A stretch of DNA of 64,000 bases. It comes from Bacteroidales bacterium UBA4293 (GTDB taxonomy: Bacteria > Bacteroidota > Bacteroidia > Bacteroidales > Bacteroidaceae). The stretch lies in NCBI GenBank assembly GCA_002395835.1, contig DGVD01000002.1, forward strand, positions 22,678-86,677, read 5' to 3'. The notes below the pieces were generated by a model. That model saw only the letters and a list, made by a program, of their open reading frames with translations. It did not search any database and had not been told where the DNA came from. The translations under genes were made by a program, and so were the position numbers. Each line of letters opens with the position of its first letter. Position 1 is the first letter of the stretch. Positions 45,819-54,732 of the stretch are shown here, in pieces.

Positions 45819-47701
45819 TGTCAGTAATTAATTCTTTTTTGCAAGTGGAAAATTTGACCAAGTCCTTTGGAGATTTGGTCTTATTTGAGAATTTGTCTTT
45901 TGGAATAGCAGAAGGTCAGCGTATAGGTCTCGTGGCAAAAAATGGCACTGGTAAAACTACTTTACTTAACATCCTTTCAGGAAAAGAAGGCAAAGATAGT
46001 GGTTCTGTTATTTTTAGAAATGATCTTCGAGTGGGATATTTGGAACAAGCTCCTATATATCCTGAAGAATTAACTGTGATTGAGGCTTGTTTTTATCATG
46101 GAAATGAGGTTACAGATGTCATTAAACAATATGAACAATGTTTAGAGACTCCAGGTAATCCAGGGCTAGAACATTTGCTGGAGGAAATGGAGCGAACTAA
46201 GGCCTGGGATTATGAACAACGTGCAAAGCAAATTCTTTCCCAATTAAAGATTCACAATTTTGAACAAAGAATTGGAGAATTATCAGGAGGGCAATTAAAG
46301 CGTGTGGCTTTGGCAAATGTTTTGATTCTTGACCCTGACTTATTTATACTTGATGAGCCAACAAACCATTTAGATTTAGAAATGGTGGAATGGTTAGAAG
46401 ATTATCTTCAGAAGGGTAATTTAAGTATTTTCATGGTAACTCATGACCGGTATTTTCTTGATAGGATTTGTAATGAGATATATGAAATAGATGATAGGAA
46501 GATCTACACTTATAAAGGGAATTATAGTTATTATCTAGAAAAGAGGCAGGAACGAATAGACAACTTGAATGCTGAAATTATTAAAGCAAACAACTTATAT
46601 CGAACGGAATTAGATTGGATGCGTCGTATGCCGCAGGCTAGAGGGCATAAGGCACGTTATCGACAAGAAGCTTTCTATGAGCTGGAGAAGGTTGCTAAGC
46701 AGCGGATTTCCAACGAAAATATCCACTTTGATATGAAGGGATCTTATATTGGCAATAAGATTTTTCATGCTGAACATTTATATAAATCTTTTGGCGAAAA
46801 AGTTATTCTTCAAGATTTTACTTATATCTTTTCCCGATATGAAAAGATGGGTATCGTAGGTAAAAACGGTACTGGAAAATCCACTTTTGTTAAAATCCTT
46901 CAAGGGCTTGTTCCTTTTGATTGCGGAAAACTAGAAATAGGAGAGACGGTTCGATTTGGTTATTATTCTCAAGAAGGTTTGAGCTTTAATGAAAACCAAA
47001 AGGTAATAGATGTTATCAAAGATATAGCAGATTATGTGGATTTAGGTAATGGGCAAAAACTTACTGCCATGCAATTATTGCAACATTTCCTTTTTTCTCC
47101 AGAAAAGCAACATTCTTATGTGTATAAATTAAGTGGTGGAGAAAAACGCCGTTTATATCTTTGCACGGTTTTGATGCATAATCCTAATTTTTTGGTATTG
47201 GATGAGCCTACAAATGATTTAGATATAGTATCCCTGCAGATTCTAGAAAATTATTTGCAAACTTTTAATGGGTGTGTTATTGTAATAAGCCATGATAGAT
47301 ATTTCATGGATAAAGTTGTGGATCACTTGTTAGTTTTTAATGGTGAAGGAGATATTCGAGATTTCCCTGGAAATTATACTGAATATAGAGGTTGGAAAGA
47401 CGAGATGCTTAAACTAGATAAGGGGAATATTTCTCAGACTAAGGCTTCAAGTGAAAACACCATTAAGAAAGTTCGTCTAAATGATAAACGGAAGATGTCT
47501 TTTAAGGAGAAACAAGAGTTTTTGGCTCTTGAGAAAGATATTTCTGCATTGGAAGAAGAGAAAGCTCAAATAGAATCTGCGTTAAGTGGAGGGCTTATTG
47601 ATGTGGATGAAATCACAAGATTAAGCAAACGACTTCCTATTCTAAATGAGGAATTGGATGAAAAAAGTATGCGGTGGTTAGAATTATCGGAGATAGAATA
47701 A
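45818..47701 (+). CDS. ABC-F family ATPase (two NBDs, no TMD, C-terminal coiled coil)
   Basis: Walker A GKNGTGKTT and GKNGTGKST, signatures LSGGQLKRV and LSGGEKRRL, and an inter-domain linker. TAATG overlap with the upstream gene. Confidence 0.93.
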   Translation: MSVINSFLQVENLTKSFGDLVLFENLSFGIAEGQRIGLVAKNGTGKTTLLNILSGKEGKDSGSVIFRNDLRVGYLEQAPIYPEELTVIEACFYHGNEVTDVIKQYEQCLETPGNPGLEHLLEEMERTKAWDYEQRAKQILSQLKIHNFEQRIGELSGGQLKRVALANVLILDPDLFILDEPTNHLDLEMVEWLEDYLQKGNLSIFMVTHDRYFLDRICNEIYEIDDRKIYTYKGNYSYYLEKRQERIDNLNAEIIKANNLYRTELDWMRRMPQARGHKARYRQEAFYELEKVAKQRISNENIHFDMKGSYIGNKIFHAEHLYKSFGEKVILQDFTYIFSRYEKMGIVGKNGTGKSTFVKILQGLVPFDCGKLEIGETVRFGYYSQEGLSFNENQKVIDVIKDIADYVDLGNGQKLTAMQLLQHFLFSPEKQHSYVYKLSGGEKRRLYLCTVLMHNPNFLVLDEPTNDLDIVSLQILENYLQTFNGCVIVISHDRYFMDKVVDHLLVFNGEGDIRDFPGNYTEYRGWKDEMLKLDKGNISQTKASSENTIKKVRLNDKRKMSFKEKQEFLALEKDISALEEEKAQIESALSGGLIDVDEITRLSKRLPILNEELDEKSMRWLELSEIE

Positions 47702-47708
47702 GTATAAG

Positions 47709-47735
47709 AAAAAGGGAGGTTCACCTCCCTTTTTT
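47709..47735. terminator. Bidirectional terminator (ABC-F gene / MscS-family gene)
   Basis: AAAAAGGGAGG-TTCA-CCTCCCTTTTTT. Confidence 0.85.
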
Positions 47736-47739
47736 ATTT

Positions 47740-50205
47740 CTATTTTTCTGTAATTGGTGATTTGATTTTTTCAGCTGTCATTTGTCTTACATAAACGTCT
47801 CTTTGTGGGAATGGAATCTCGATACCATTATCATTGAAGGTTTTGTAGACAACCTCTTTCATTTGGGATACTGCCATCAATTTCTTGCTAACCGGAACCC
47901 AGCAAACCAAAATTAGATCCACACTGTTTTCCCCAAAGTTATCAAATAGAATTTCTAAACCTCTTTTTTGGTTCCAGCAATCTAATTCCTTCATGTTTTC
48001 TCGTAAAATATCTCTAACTTTTTCCACATTGGTTCCATATGCTACACCAATAGGTATTTTTACCATTTCGTTCCCATGATTTTTAGTCAGATTCTTGAAA
48101 TTCTTGCTGAATAGTTGACTATTTTGAAAGGCTATAATTGATCCGTCTAGTGTTTCAACCATGGTACTTTGGTAATTTATATTATTAACCTTTCCTCTAA
48201 TACCGTCTAGTTCTATATAGTCGCCTACTTTCACACGTCCTGTCATTAAAGAGACTCCGTAGAACAAATTTTCAATTAAATCCTTTAAAGCAAGACCAAT
48301 ACCAGTTGACATACCTGCTAGAACTGCTAATATACCAGCTGTACCTACATTGAGTATTTTTAAAGATATGATAAGGTATAATCCCCAAACAAATATAGTT
48401 ACGATATTTAAGCCCAATGCTACCACATTCTTTTCTCCATTCTTTAATCTATGTCTTCGGAGATAAAGTTCTCTACCTAAATATAGTCCATATTTTACAA
48501 TAAAGAACATGGCAATAATTAGTGATAGAGTAAATAAAGAAAGGCGGAATGTATTCTCTACGTCTATATAATATTTTTTGAATATCTCAACCACTAATTG
48601 ATTCATGCTGAAGACTGTTGCAGCCCAGTAGATGCTGATCATAACTGAATAGACAGCCAGAATTGGTATTAATGCCATATAGACAAAATCATAGAACCAT
48701 GTTTTTGTAATGTCCAGCTTGTAGGATTCGTTACCTTTATCATCTTTCGTAACGATTATGGTTTTTTTGTCAATCTCTTTGTTGGCAAGTTTTTCTTTAT
48801 ATCTTTTTAATCTCCAATCTTGATATAGATGTAATAATGTATATATGCATGTTATGGTCTGAATGCATGCTAGTTGGATATACCACCAAATTAGAATTTG
48901 CACAGAAAGCAGGGTGTATCCTTGCCAAGCACAAATGGTACATATAGTAATAACTAGCATGGAAATGTATGCATAGAAATAGTCGCTTTCACTGATTTTC
49001 CCTTCAGTGGTATTGTTGTACATATATATGGTAATAAATTGCCATATCAGACAAAATATTAGAATAGGAGGAAAGACCAGGTTGACTGTTTCATTTGGAA
49101 TGAAGATGATTCTAAATGCAATGACAACGAAGCTCAGTAAAAATATGGGTGAGTATATTCGAATACCTCTTTTAATCCTTTCTGGGTGATTCCAGAGACG
49201 GATAAGTAAAGAAATCAATATTACACCTAAAAGCCAAGCATATTGAATGAGAAGTTCAGTTGCCATTTGAAAGAAACCATGCTGCCGAAGTATGGTTCTT
49301 AGAATCATGACTGCAATGGCAAATGTTACAATTGTCAGTGTCCATATCATGCATGGCTTTCTTTCCTTGTAGTTCTTATCTTGCTTGGATTTTGGAACTA
49401 ACCAGTTTATAATAACCACACTGATTGCAGATGCTATTGACATCCATAAGATGACAAAAATGAAACAGAAAACGATGGTAGAGCTTCGCCAGTCAGACTG
49501 GGCACCATTGATAGGGTTATATTTTCGTTCTATGGCATTTAAAGCTCTTCTATAACGTTGTTTTATCTGTTTTAAGATGCTATAATAGCTATCTCCACCA
49601 TTGACGAAGATATTGGTTCTAATATTATCATAGCGTGCCTGAGCATAATCATTAAGTTCCTTAAGCCGTTGCTCTACTTGGTCATGGCGTTCTTGAAGTC
49701 TTGTAATATTATTTCTGTTCTTAATTAACTGTGCTCTAATTTGAGTAGATAGTAATAAACATGAGTCTCGTTCCCCTAAATGTTCTTCATTTAGGAGAAA
49801 ATCTGGCATATTGTTCAATGAGTTAATAAGAGCAGTGTATCTTTCAACTTCTATGTTTAATCGGGTTACCCAAGTAGAAAAAGGTGTAAGGTTCGTATGG
49901 AAGTTTTGGTATTGTTGAGTAGCCTCATGGCATGCATATGTTAAATCAAATATATAGTCACTTTGCTGTGAATATAGCATTAGTGAAGTTTGGTCAGCGC
50001 GCTGCATGATAAGGCGCATCTGCTTTTCCATTTGTTTATATCGCTCTTCAAATGTATTGGAATTGTTGATTTGAAGTTCTTTAAATTGTTTTAACTCAGA
50101 TAATAAAACAGAAATTGTCTGTTCCAAATCTTTTTCCTTCAGTACAGCTTGTGATGGTAAGATGCAAAGAAGTGTAAAAATGAGAGTGAAAATCCTTTTT
50201 CCCAT
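47740..50205 (-). CDS. Large MscS-family mechanosensitive channel (MscK-like architecture)
   Basis: 821 aa. Signal peptide, a periplasmic coiled-coil region of about 230 aa, roughly 11 TM helices, and the MscS beta-domain RVKVGDYIELDGIRGKVNNINYQSTMVETLDGSIIAFQNSQLF. Confidence 0.9.
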   Translation of the reverse strand: MGKRIFTLIFTLLCILPSQAVLKEKDLEQTISVLLSELKQFKELQINNSNTFEERYKQMEKQMRLIMQRADQTSLMLYSQQSDYIFDLTYACHEATQQYQNFHTNLTPFSTWVTRLNIEVERYTALINSLNNMPDFLLNEEHLGERDSCLLLSTQIRAQLIKNRNNITRLQERHDQVEQRLKELNDYAQARYDNIRTNIFVNGGDSYYSILKQIKQRYRRALNAIERKYNPINGAQSDWRSSTIVFCFIFVILWMSIASAISVVIINWLVPKSKQDKNYKERKPCMIWTLTIVTFAIAVMILRTILRQHGFFQMATELLIQYAWLLGVILISLLIRLWNHPERIKRGIRIYSPIFLLSFVVIAFRIIFIPNETVNLVFPPILIFCLIWQFITIYMYNNTTEGKISESDYFYAYISMLVITICTICAWQGYTLLSVQILIWWYIQLACIQTITCIYTLLHLYQDWRLKRYKEKLANKEIDKKTIIVTKDDKGNESYKLDITKTWFYDFVYMALIPILAVYSVMISIYWAATVFSMNQLVVEIFKKYYIDVENTFRLSLFTLSLIIAMFFIVKYGLYLGRELYLRRHRLKNGEKNVVALGLNIVTIFVWGLYLIISLKILNVGTAGILAVLAGMSTGIGLALKDLIENLFYGVSLMTGRVKVGDYIELDGIRGKVNNINYQSTMVETLDGSIIAFQNSQLFSKNFKNLTKNHGNEMVKIPIGVAYGTNVEKVRDILRENMKELDCWNQKRGLEILFDNFGENSVDLILVCWVPVSKKLMAVSQMKEVVYKTFNDNGIEIPFPQRDVYVRQMTAEKIKSPITEK

Positions 50206-50223
50206 ATTGTTGTTATTTTGCTA

Positions 50224-50231
50224 CAAAGATA
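50224..50231 (-). promoter_or_regulatory. -7 promoter box (TAtcTTTG on minus strand)
   Basis: The plus strand reads CAAAGATA, 19 nt upstream of ATG 50205. Confidence 0.55.
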
Positions 50232-50295
50232 GCAGAAAAACCTACATCGACCTAAATTTGTACTTCTAAAACTTGCAGATTTAATTTTTATAGTC

Positions 50296-50303
50296 TATTT
50301 TTG
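50296..50303 (+). promoter_or_regulatory. -7 promoter box (TAttTTTG) of the his operon leader
   Basis: 22 nt upstream of the leader-peptide ATG at 50325. Confidence 0.6.
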
Positions 50304-50324
50304 CATCGATTTAAAAGTTATTGC

Positions 50325-50390
50325 ATGAATTTTAATACCGCACATCATCATCATGTTCACTCAACGTTTTCCTCGGTGAGCAGATGTTGA
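50325..50390 (+). CDS. His operon leader peptide (21 codons), not in the ORF track
   Basis: ATG AAT TTT AAT ACC GCA CAT CAT CAT CAT GTT CAC ... TGA translates to MNFNTAHHHHVHSTFSSVSRC. It lies 72 nt upstream of hisG. Confidence 0.7.
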   Translation: MNFNTAHHHHVHSTFSSVSRC

Positions 50391-50410
50391 TGCGTGTTTA
50401 AATGTTTTAT

Positions 50411-50447
50411 AAAGGCTTACCGATATTTATTGGCGAGCCTTTTTTCA
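50411..50447 (+). terminator. Attenuator terminator upstream of hisG
   Basis: AAAGGCTTACC (50411-50421) pairs with GGCGAGCCTTT (50432-42) with one mismatch. 10-nt loop and a T-run to 50445. Confidence 0.65.
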
Positions 50448-50461
50448 TAATATAAATAAGT

Positions 50462-51313
50462 ATGTTACGAATAGCAGTTCAATCAAAAGGCCGACTCTAT
50501 GAAGAGACTATGAACATGTTGGCTGAAAGCGATATCAAACTAAGCATCTCTAAGAGAACGTTATTGGTGCAGTCGAAGAATTTCCCTATTGAAGTTCTTT
50601 TTCTTCGTGATGATGATATACCTCAGACGGTAGCATCTGGTGTAGCAGATTTGGGTGTCGTGGGTGAGAATGAATTCATGGAGCGTGAAGAAGATGCGGA
50701 TATCATTCGTCGTTTGGATTTTAGTCATTGTCGACTTTCTTTAGCTATACCTAAAGCCATTGATTATCCTGGTTTGGAGTGGTTTAGAAATAAGAAAATT
50801 GCCACTTCTTATCCAGTTATATTACGTAAATTTTTAGAGAAGAACCATATAAATGCTGATATTCATGTAATAACAGGATCAGTGGAAATTTCTCCTGGTA
50901 TAGGTTTATCTGATGCTATTTTCGATATAGTTAGTTCAGGATCCACTCTCGTTAGTAATAATCTCACAGAAGTTGAGGTTGTTATGCAAAGTGAGGCATT
51001 GTTAATTGCAAACAAGAACTTAACTGAAGAAAAGAAAGAGATTCTTGAGGAACTTCTGTTCCGTCTTACTGCTGTTAAAACTGCAGAAGATAAGAAATAT
51101 GTACGTATGAATGTCTCAAATAAAAATTTGCCCGAAGTATTAAGTGTTTTGCCTAGTATGCATAGCCCCACAGTGATGCCATTGGCTACTGATGGTTGGA
51201 GCAGTGTTCATACAGTCCTGGATGAAGAAAGATTCTGGGAGATTATTGGAAAACTAAAGGCTGCTGGTGCTGAAGGTATTTTGGTTTCACCTATCGAAAA
51301 AATGATTCCTTAA
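50462..51313 (+). CDS. hisG: ATP phosphoribosyltransferase (long form)
   Basis: MLRIAVQSKGRL, DDDIPQTVASGVADLGVVGEN, DIVSSGSTL and a C-terminal regulatory domain. 283 aa. Confidence 0.95.
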   Translation: MLRIAVQSKGRLYEETMNMLAESDIKLSISKRTLLVQSKNFPIEVLFLRDDDIPQTVASGVADLGVVGENEFMEREEDADIIRRLDFSHCRLSLAIPKAIDYPGLEWFRNKKIATSYPVILRKFLEKNHINADIHVITGSVEISPGIGLSDAIFDIVSSGSTLVSNNLTEVEVVMQSEALLIANKNLTEEKKEILEELLFRLTAVKTAEDKKYVRMNVSNKNLPEVLSVLPSMHSPTVMPLATDGWSSVHTVLDEERFWEIIGKLKAAGAEGILVSPIEKMIP

Positions 51314-52597
51314 ATGAAAGTTATAGAATTTCCTGATAGGGATGAATGGGGTGAAATACTTACTCGTCCTTCATTAGATGTAGCAAAGCTACAAGATACT
51401 GTTAATGCTGTATTGCAAAAAATACGTCAGGGTGGGGACTCTGCAGTAAGGGAGTACGAACTGCTTTTTGATAAAGTCCATTTGGATTCCCTCGTTGTCA
51501 GTGAAGATGAATTTACGGAAGCTGATTCTTTGGTTGATGAAAGTCTAAAGTCATCTATCAAATTGGCACATGAAAACATAGCTAGATTCCACTCATCCCA
51601 GAAATTTCAAACTCAGAAGATTGAGGTACAACCTGGAGTAACTTGTTGGCAAAAGGCAGTTGCTATTGAAAAGGTTGGTCTCTATATACCTGGAGGAACG
51701 GCTCCATTGTTTTCCACTGTACTTATGCTGGCTACTCCTGCTAAGATTGCAGGGTGTAAGGAAATAATCCTTTGTACTCCACCCAACAAAGAAGGTAAAG
51801 TAAATCCTGCCATTCTTGTAGCTGCAAAAATAGCAGGTGTAAATAAGGTATTTAAAGCTGGTGGTGTTCAAGCCATTGGTGCCATGGCTTATGGAACTGA
51901 AAGTATTCCTAAAGTATATAAGATCTTTGGGCCTGGTAATCAGTATGTAGTAGCAGCAAAACAAGCTGTCTCTTTAAAGGATGTTGCTATTGATATGCCT
52001 GCTGGTCCTTCAGAAGTAGAAGTATTAGCAGATGAGAATAGTAATCCTCAATTTGTGGCAGCTGACTTGCTTTCTCAAGCAGAACATGGTGTGGATAGTC
52101 AGGTATTAATGATTACTACCAGTAAGGAAATTATTCCAGCTGTGTTGAGAGAGTTGGAGTTGCAGTTAAATCTTCTTCCCAGAAAAGAGATTGCATCCCA
52201 AAGCCTGGAGAATAGCAAAATTATATTAGTAAGGAACCAGGAAGAAATGATGGAGATGAGCAATGAATATGCTCCTGAACATCTTATTATTTCCACAGAT
52301 AATTATATGGAACTTGCTGATAAGATTGTCAATGCGGGTAGTGTATTTCTTGGTAAATTCAGTTGTGAAAGTGCTGGTGATTATGCTAGTGGAACCAATC
52401 ATACACTTCCTACTAATGGATATGCCAAAGCTTATAGTGGAGTAAGCTTGGATAGTTTCATTAGAAAAATTACCTTCCAGGAACTCACTGCAGAGGGAAT
52501 AGGAAAGATAGGGAATGCAGTAGAGGAGATGGCTAAAAATGAGCAGCTTGATGCACATAAAAATGCAATGACATTAAGGTTAAAATCTATTAAGTAA
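51314..52597 (+). CDS. hisD: Histidinol dehydrogenase
   Basis: 427 aa. [42 protein letters not shown] and APEHL motifs. Confidence 0.96.
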   Translation: MKVIEFPDRDEWGEILTRPSLDVAKLQDTVNAVLQKIRQGGDSAVREYELLFDKVHLDSLVVSEDEFTEADSLVDESLKSSIKLAHENIARFHSSQKFQTQKIEVQPGVTCWQKAVAIEKVGLYIPGGTAPLFSTVLMLATPAKIAGCKEIILCTPPNKEGKVNPAILVAAKIAGVNKVFKAGGVQAIGAMAYGTESIPKVYKIFGPGNQYVVAAKQAVSLKDVAIDMPAGPSEVEVLADENSNPQFVAADLLSQAEHGVDSQVLMITTSKEIIPAVLRELELQLNLLPRKEIASQSLENSKIILVRNQEEMMEMSNEYAPEHLIISTDNYMELADKIVNAGSVFLGKFSCESAGDYASGTNHTLPTNGYAKAYSGVSLDSFIRKITFQELTAEGIGKIGNAVEEMAKNEQLDAHKNAMTLRLKSIK

Positions 52598-52599
52598 TT

Positions 52600-53646
52600 A
52601 TGAAACCTTTAAAAGATTTAGTTCGTCCGAATATTTGGGATTTGGAGCCCTATAGTTCAGCACGCAATGAATATAAGGGTGGGAGTGCTACCGTGTTTTT
52701 GGATGCGAATGAGAACCCTTATAATACACCCATTAACCGTTATCCGGATCCTCTCCAGTTGGAGGTTAAGGCATTGATAGCCCCTTTGAAAGGGGTTAAA
52801 CCTGAACAATTATTTTTAGGTAACGGTAGTGATGAGGCTATAGATTTGATTTACCGTTGTTTTTGTATTCCTGGTAAGGACAATGTAGTAGCTATGTCAC
52901 CTACTTATGGTATGTACAAGGTTTGTGCTGACATCAATGATGTGGAGTATCGTTCAGTTCTTGTTGATGAGGATTTCCAGATATCTGCTGAAAAGTTGTT
53001 GAAGTCAACCGATAATAACACAAAAGCTATTTTCCTTTGTTCTCCGAATAATCCATCGGGTAACCGACTAAATAAAAAAGAGGTTTTCACTCTCATACAG
53101 TCTTTTGAGGGAATTATTGTTCTTGATGAAGCATATATTGATTTCAGCAGTGAACCTTCTTTTGTGAATATCTTGGATAAATGTCCCAACCTGATTGTTC
53201 TACAGACTTTCTCTAAAGCTTGGGGATGTGCTGGTATGCGGTTAGGTTTAGCAATGGCAGACCCCCAGATTATTGAGATTTTCAATAAAGTGAAGTATCC
53301 TTATAATGTAAACTTGTTAACTCAAGAAAAAGCGAAAGAAATTATTAAAGCTCGTTTTGATGTAGACCGTTGGGTACGCATGATTCTTGAAGAAAGAGAA
53401 AGACTAATAGCTTCATTTGCTGCTCTTCCTATTACGAAGAAAGTTTATCCTACGGATGCTAATTTCTTCCTGGCGCGCATGACCGATGCTACTGCTATTT
53501 ATAACTATCTAGTAAGTAAGGGTATCATCGTACGGAATCGTTCTAAGATTGTGCTTTGTGATGATTGCTTGAGAGTGACTGTGGGAACAAAGGCTGAAAA
53601 TACGGCTTTATTGGCTGCTTTACGTATTTATCCTGCTAAGAAATGA
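52600..53646 (+). CDS. hisC: Histidinol-phosphate aminotransferase
   Basis: [31 protein letters not shown] and the PLP lysine in QTFSKAWG. Confidence 0.95.
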   Translation: MKPLKDLVRPNIWDLEPYSSARNEYKGGSATVFLDANENPYNTPINRYPDPLQLEVKALIAPLKGVKPEQLFLGNGSDEAIDLIYRCFCIPGKDNVVAMSPTYGMYKVCADINDVEYRSVLVDEDFQISAEKLLKSTDNNTKAIFLCSPNNPSGNRLNKKEVFTLIQSFEGIIVLDEAYIDFSSEPSFVNILDKCPNLIVLQTFSKAWGCAGMRLGLAMADPQIIEIFNKVKYPYNVNLLTQEKAKEIIKARFDVDRWVRMILEERERLIASFAALPITKKVYPTDANFFLARMTDATAIYNYLVSKGIIVRNRSKIVLCDDCLRVTVGTKAENTALLAALRIYPAKK

Positions 53647-54713
53647 AAAAGGTATTATTTATAGATCGTGATGGAACCTTGATTCAGGAACCAGCTGACG
53701 AGCAGATTGATTCTTTTGAAAAGTTGAAGTTTGTTCCTGGGATGTTCCGTAATTTGGGATTCATTTGCAGACAACTAGATTTTGAGGTGGTACTGGTTAG
53801 CAACCAGGATGGATTGGGAACATCGTCTTTTCCTGAGTGCACCTTTTGGCCCGTCCATAATTTCATTATTGAGACGTTAGAGGGAGAGGGGATTCACTTC
53901 GTTCGTCAGCATATTGATAACCATTTTCCGGAAGATAATCATCCGAATCGAAAACCGGGAATTGGCATGCTGTCACAATACTTGAATAATCCGGAGTATG
54001 ACATGGCTGGAAGTTATGTCATAGGTGATAGGGAAACCGATGCAGTTCTTGCACAGAATTTAGGTTGTAAGGCTTTAATTCTGGGTAAAGATGGCATGAA
54101 TTGGGATAAGATTGCAGAAATTATCTTTGCAGGTGAACGTGTCTTTAAGATGGAAAGAAACACCAGGGAAACTCAAGTCTCTATTGGGTTAAATCTGGAT
54201 GGTTCTGGAAAATGTGACATCTCTACTGGGTTAGGTTTCTTTGATCACATGCTGGAACAGATAGGGAAACACGGAAATATAGATTTGACCATCCATGTGA
54301 AAGGAGATCTCTATGTAGATGAGCATCATACCATAGAAGACACCGGTATAACTTTAGGTGAATGCTTATTAAAGGCTTTAGGGGATAAACGAGGAATAGA
54401 ACGATATGGGTATTGCCTTCCTATGGACGACTGTTTGTGTCAAGTTTCCTTGGATTTCGGAGGACGTCCATGGCTTTTATGGGATGCTGAGTTTCATCGT
54501 GAAAAGATAGGTGAGATGCCTACGGAGATGTTCTTCCATTTCTTTAAAAGCCTGAGCGATGCTGCAAAAATGAATTTGAATATAAAGGCTGAAGGCACGA
54601 ATGAACACCATAAAATAGAAGGTATCTTTAAAGCCTTTGCCAGGGCCTTGAAAATGGCAGTCAAGAGAGACATTTACCATTTCCAGTTGCCATCAAGTAA
54701 GGGAGTCCTTTAA
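53643..54713 (+). CDS. hisB: Bifunctional histidinol-phosphatase / imidazoleglycerol-phosphate dehydratase
   Basis: HAD motif FIDRDGTLI and GDRETD in the N-half. IGPD motifs in the C-half: [25 protein letters not shown] and [17 protein letters not shown]. Confidence 0.95.
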   Translation: MKKVLFIDRDGTLIQEPADEQIDSFEKLKFVPGMFRNLGFICRQLDFEVVLVSNQDGLGTSSFPECTFWPVHNFIIETLEGEGIHFVRQHIDNHFPEDNHPNRKPGIGMLSQYLNNPEYDMAGSYVIGDRETDAVLAQNLGCKALILGKDGMNWDKIAEIIFAGERVFKMERNTRETQVSIGLNLDGSGKCDISTGLGFFDHMLEQIGKHGNIDLTIHVKGDLYVDEHHTIEDTGITLGECLLKALGDKRGIERYGYCLPMDDCLCQVSLDFGGRPWLLWDAEFHREKIGEMPTEMFFHFFKSLSDAAKMNLNIKAEGTNEHHKIEGIFKAFARALKMAVKRDIYHFQLPSSKGVL

Positions 54714-54732
54714 AGGGCTCCCTTATTTTGAT

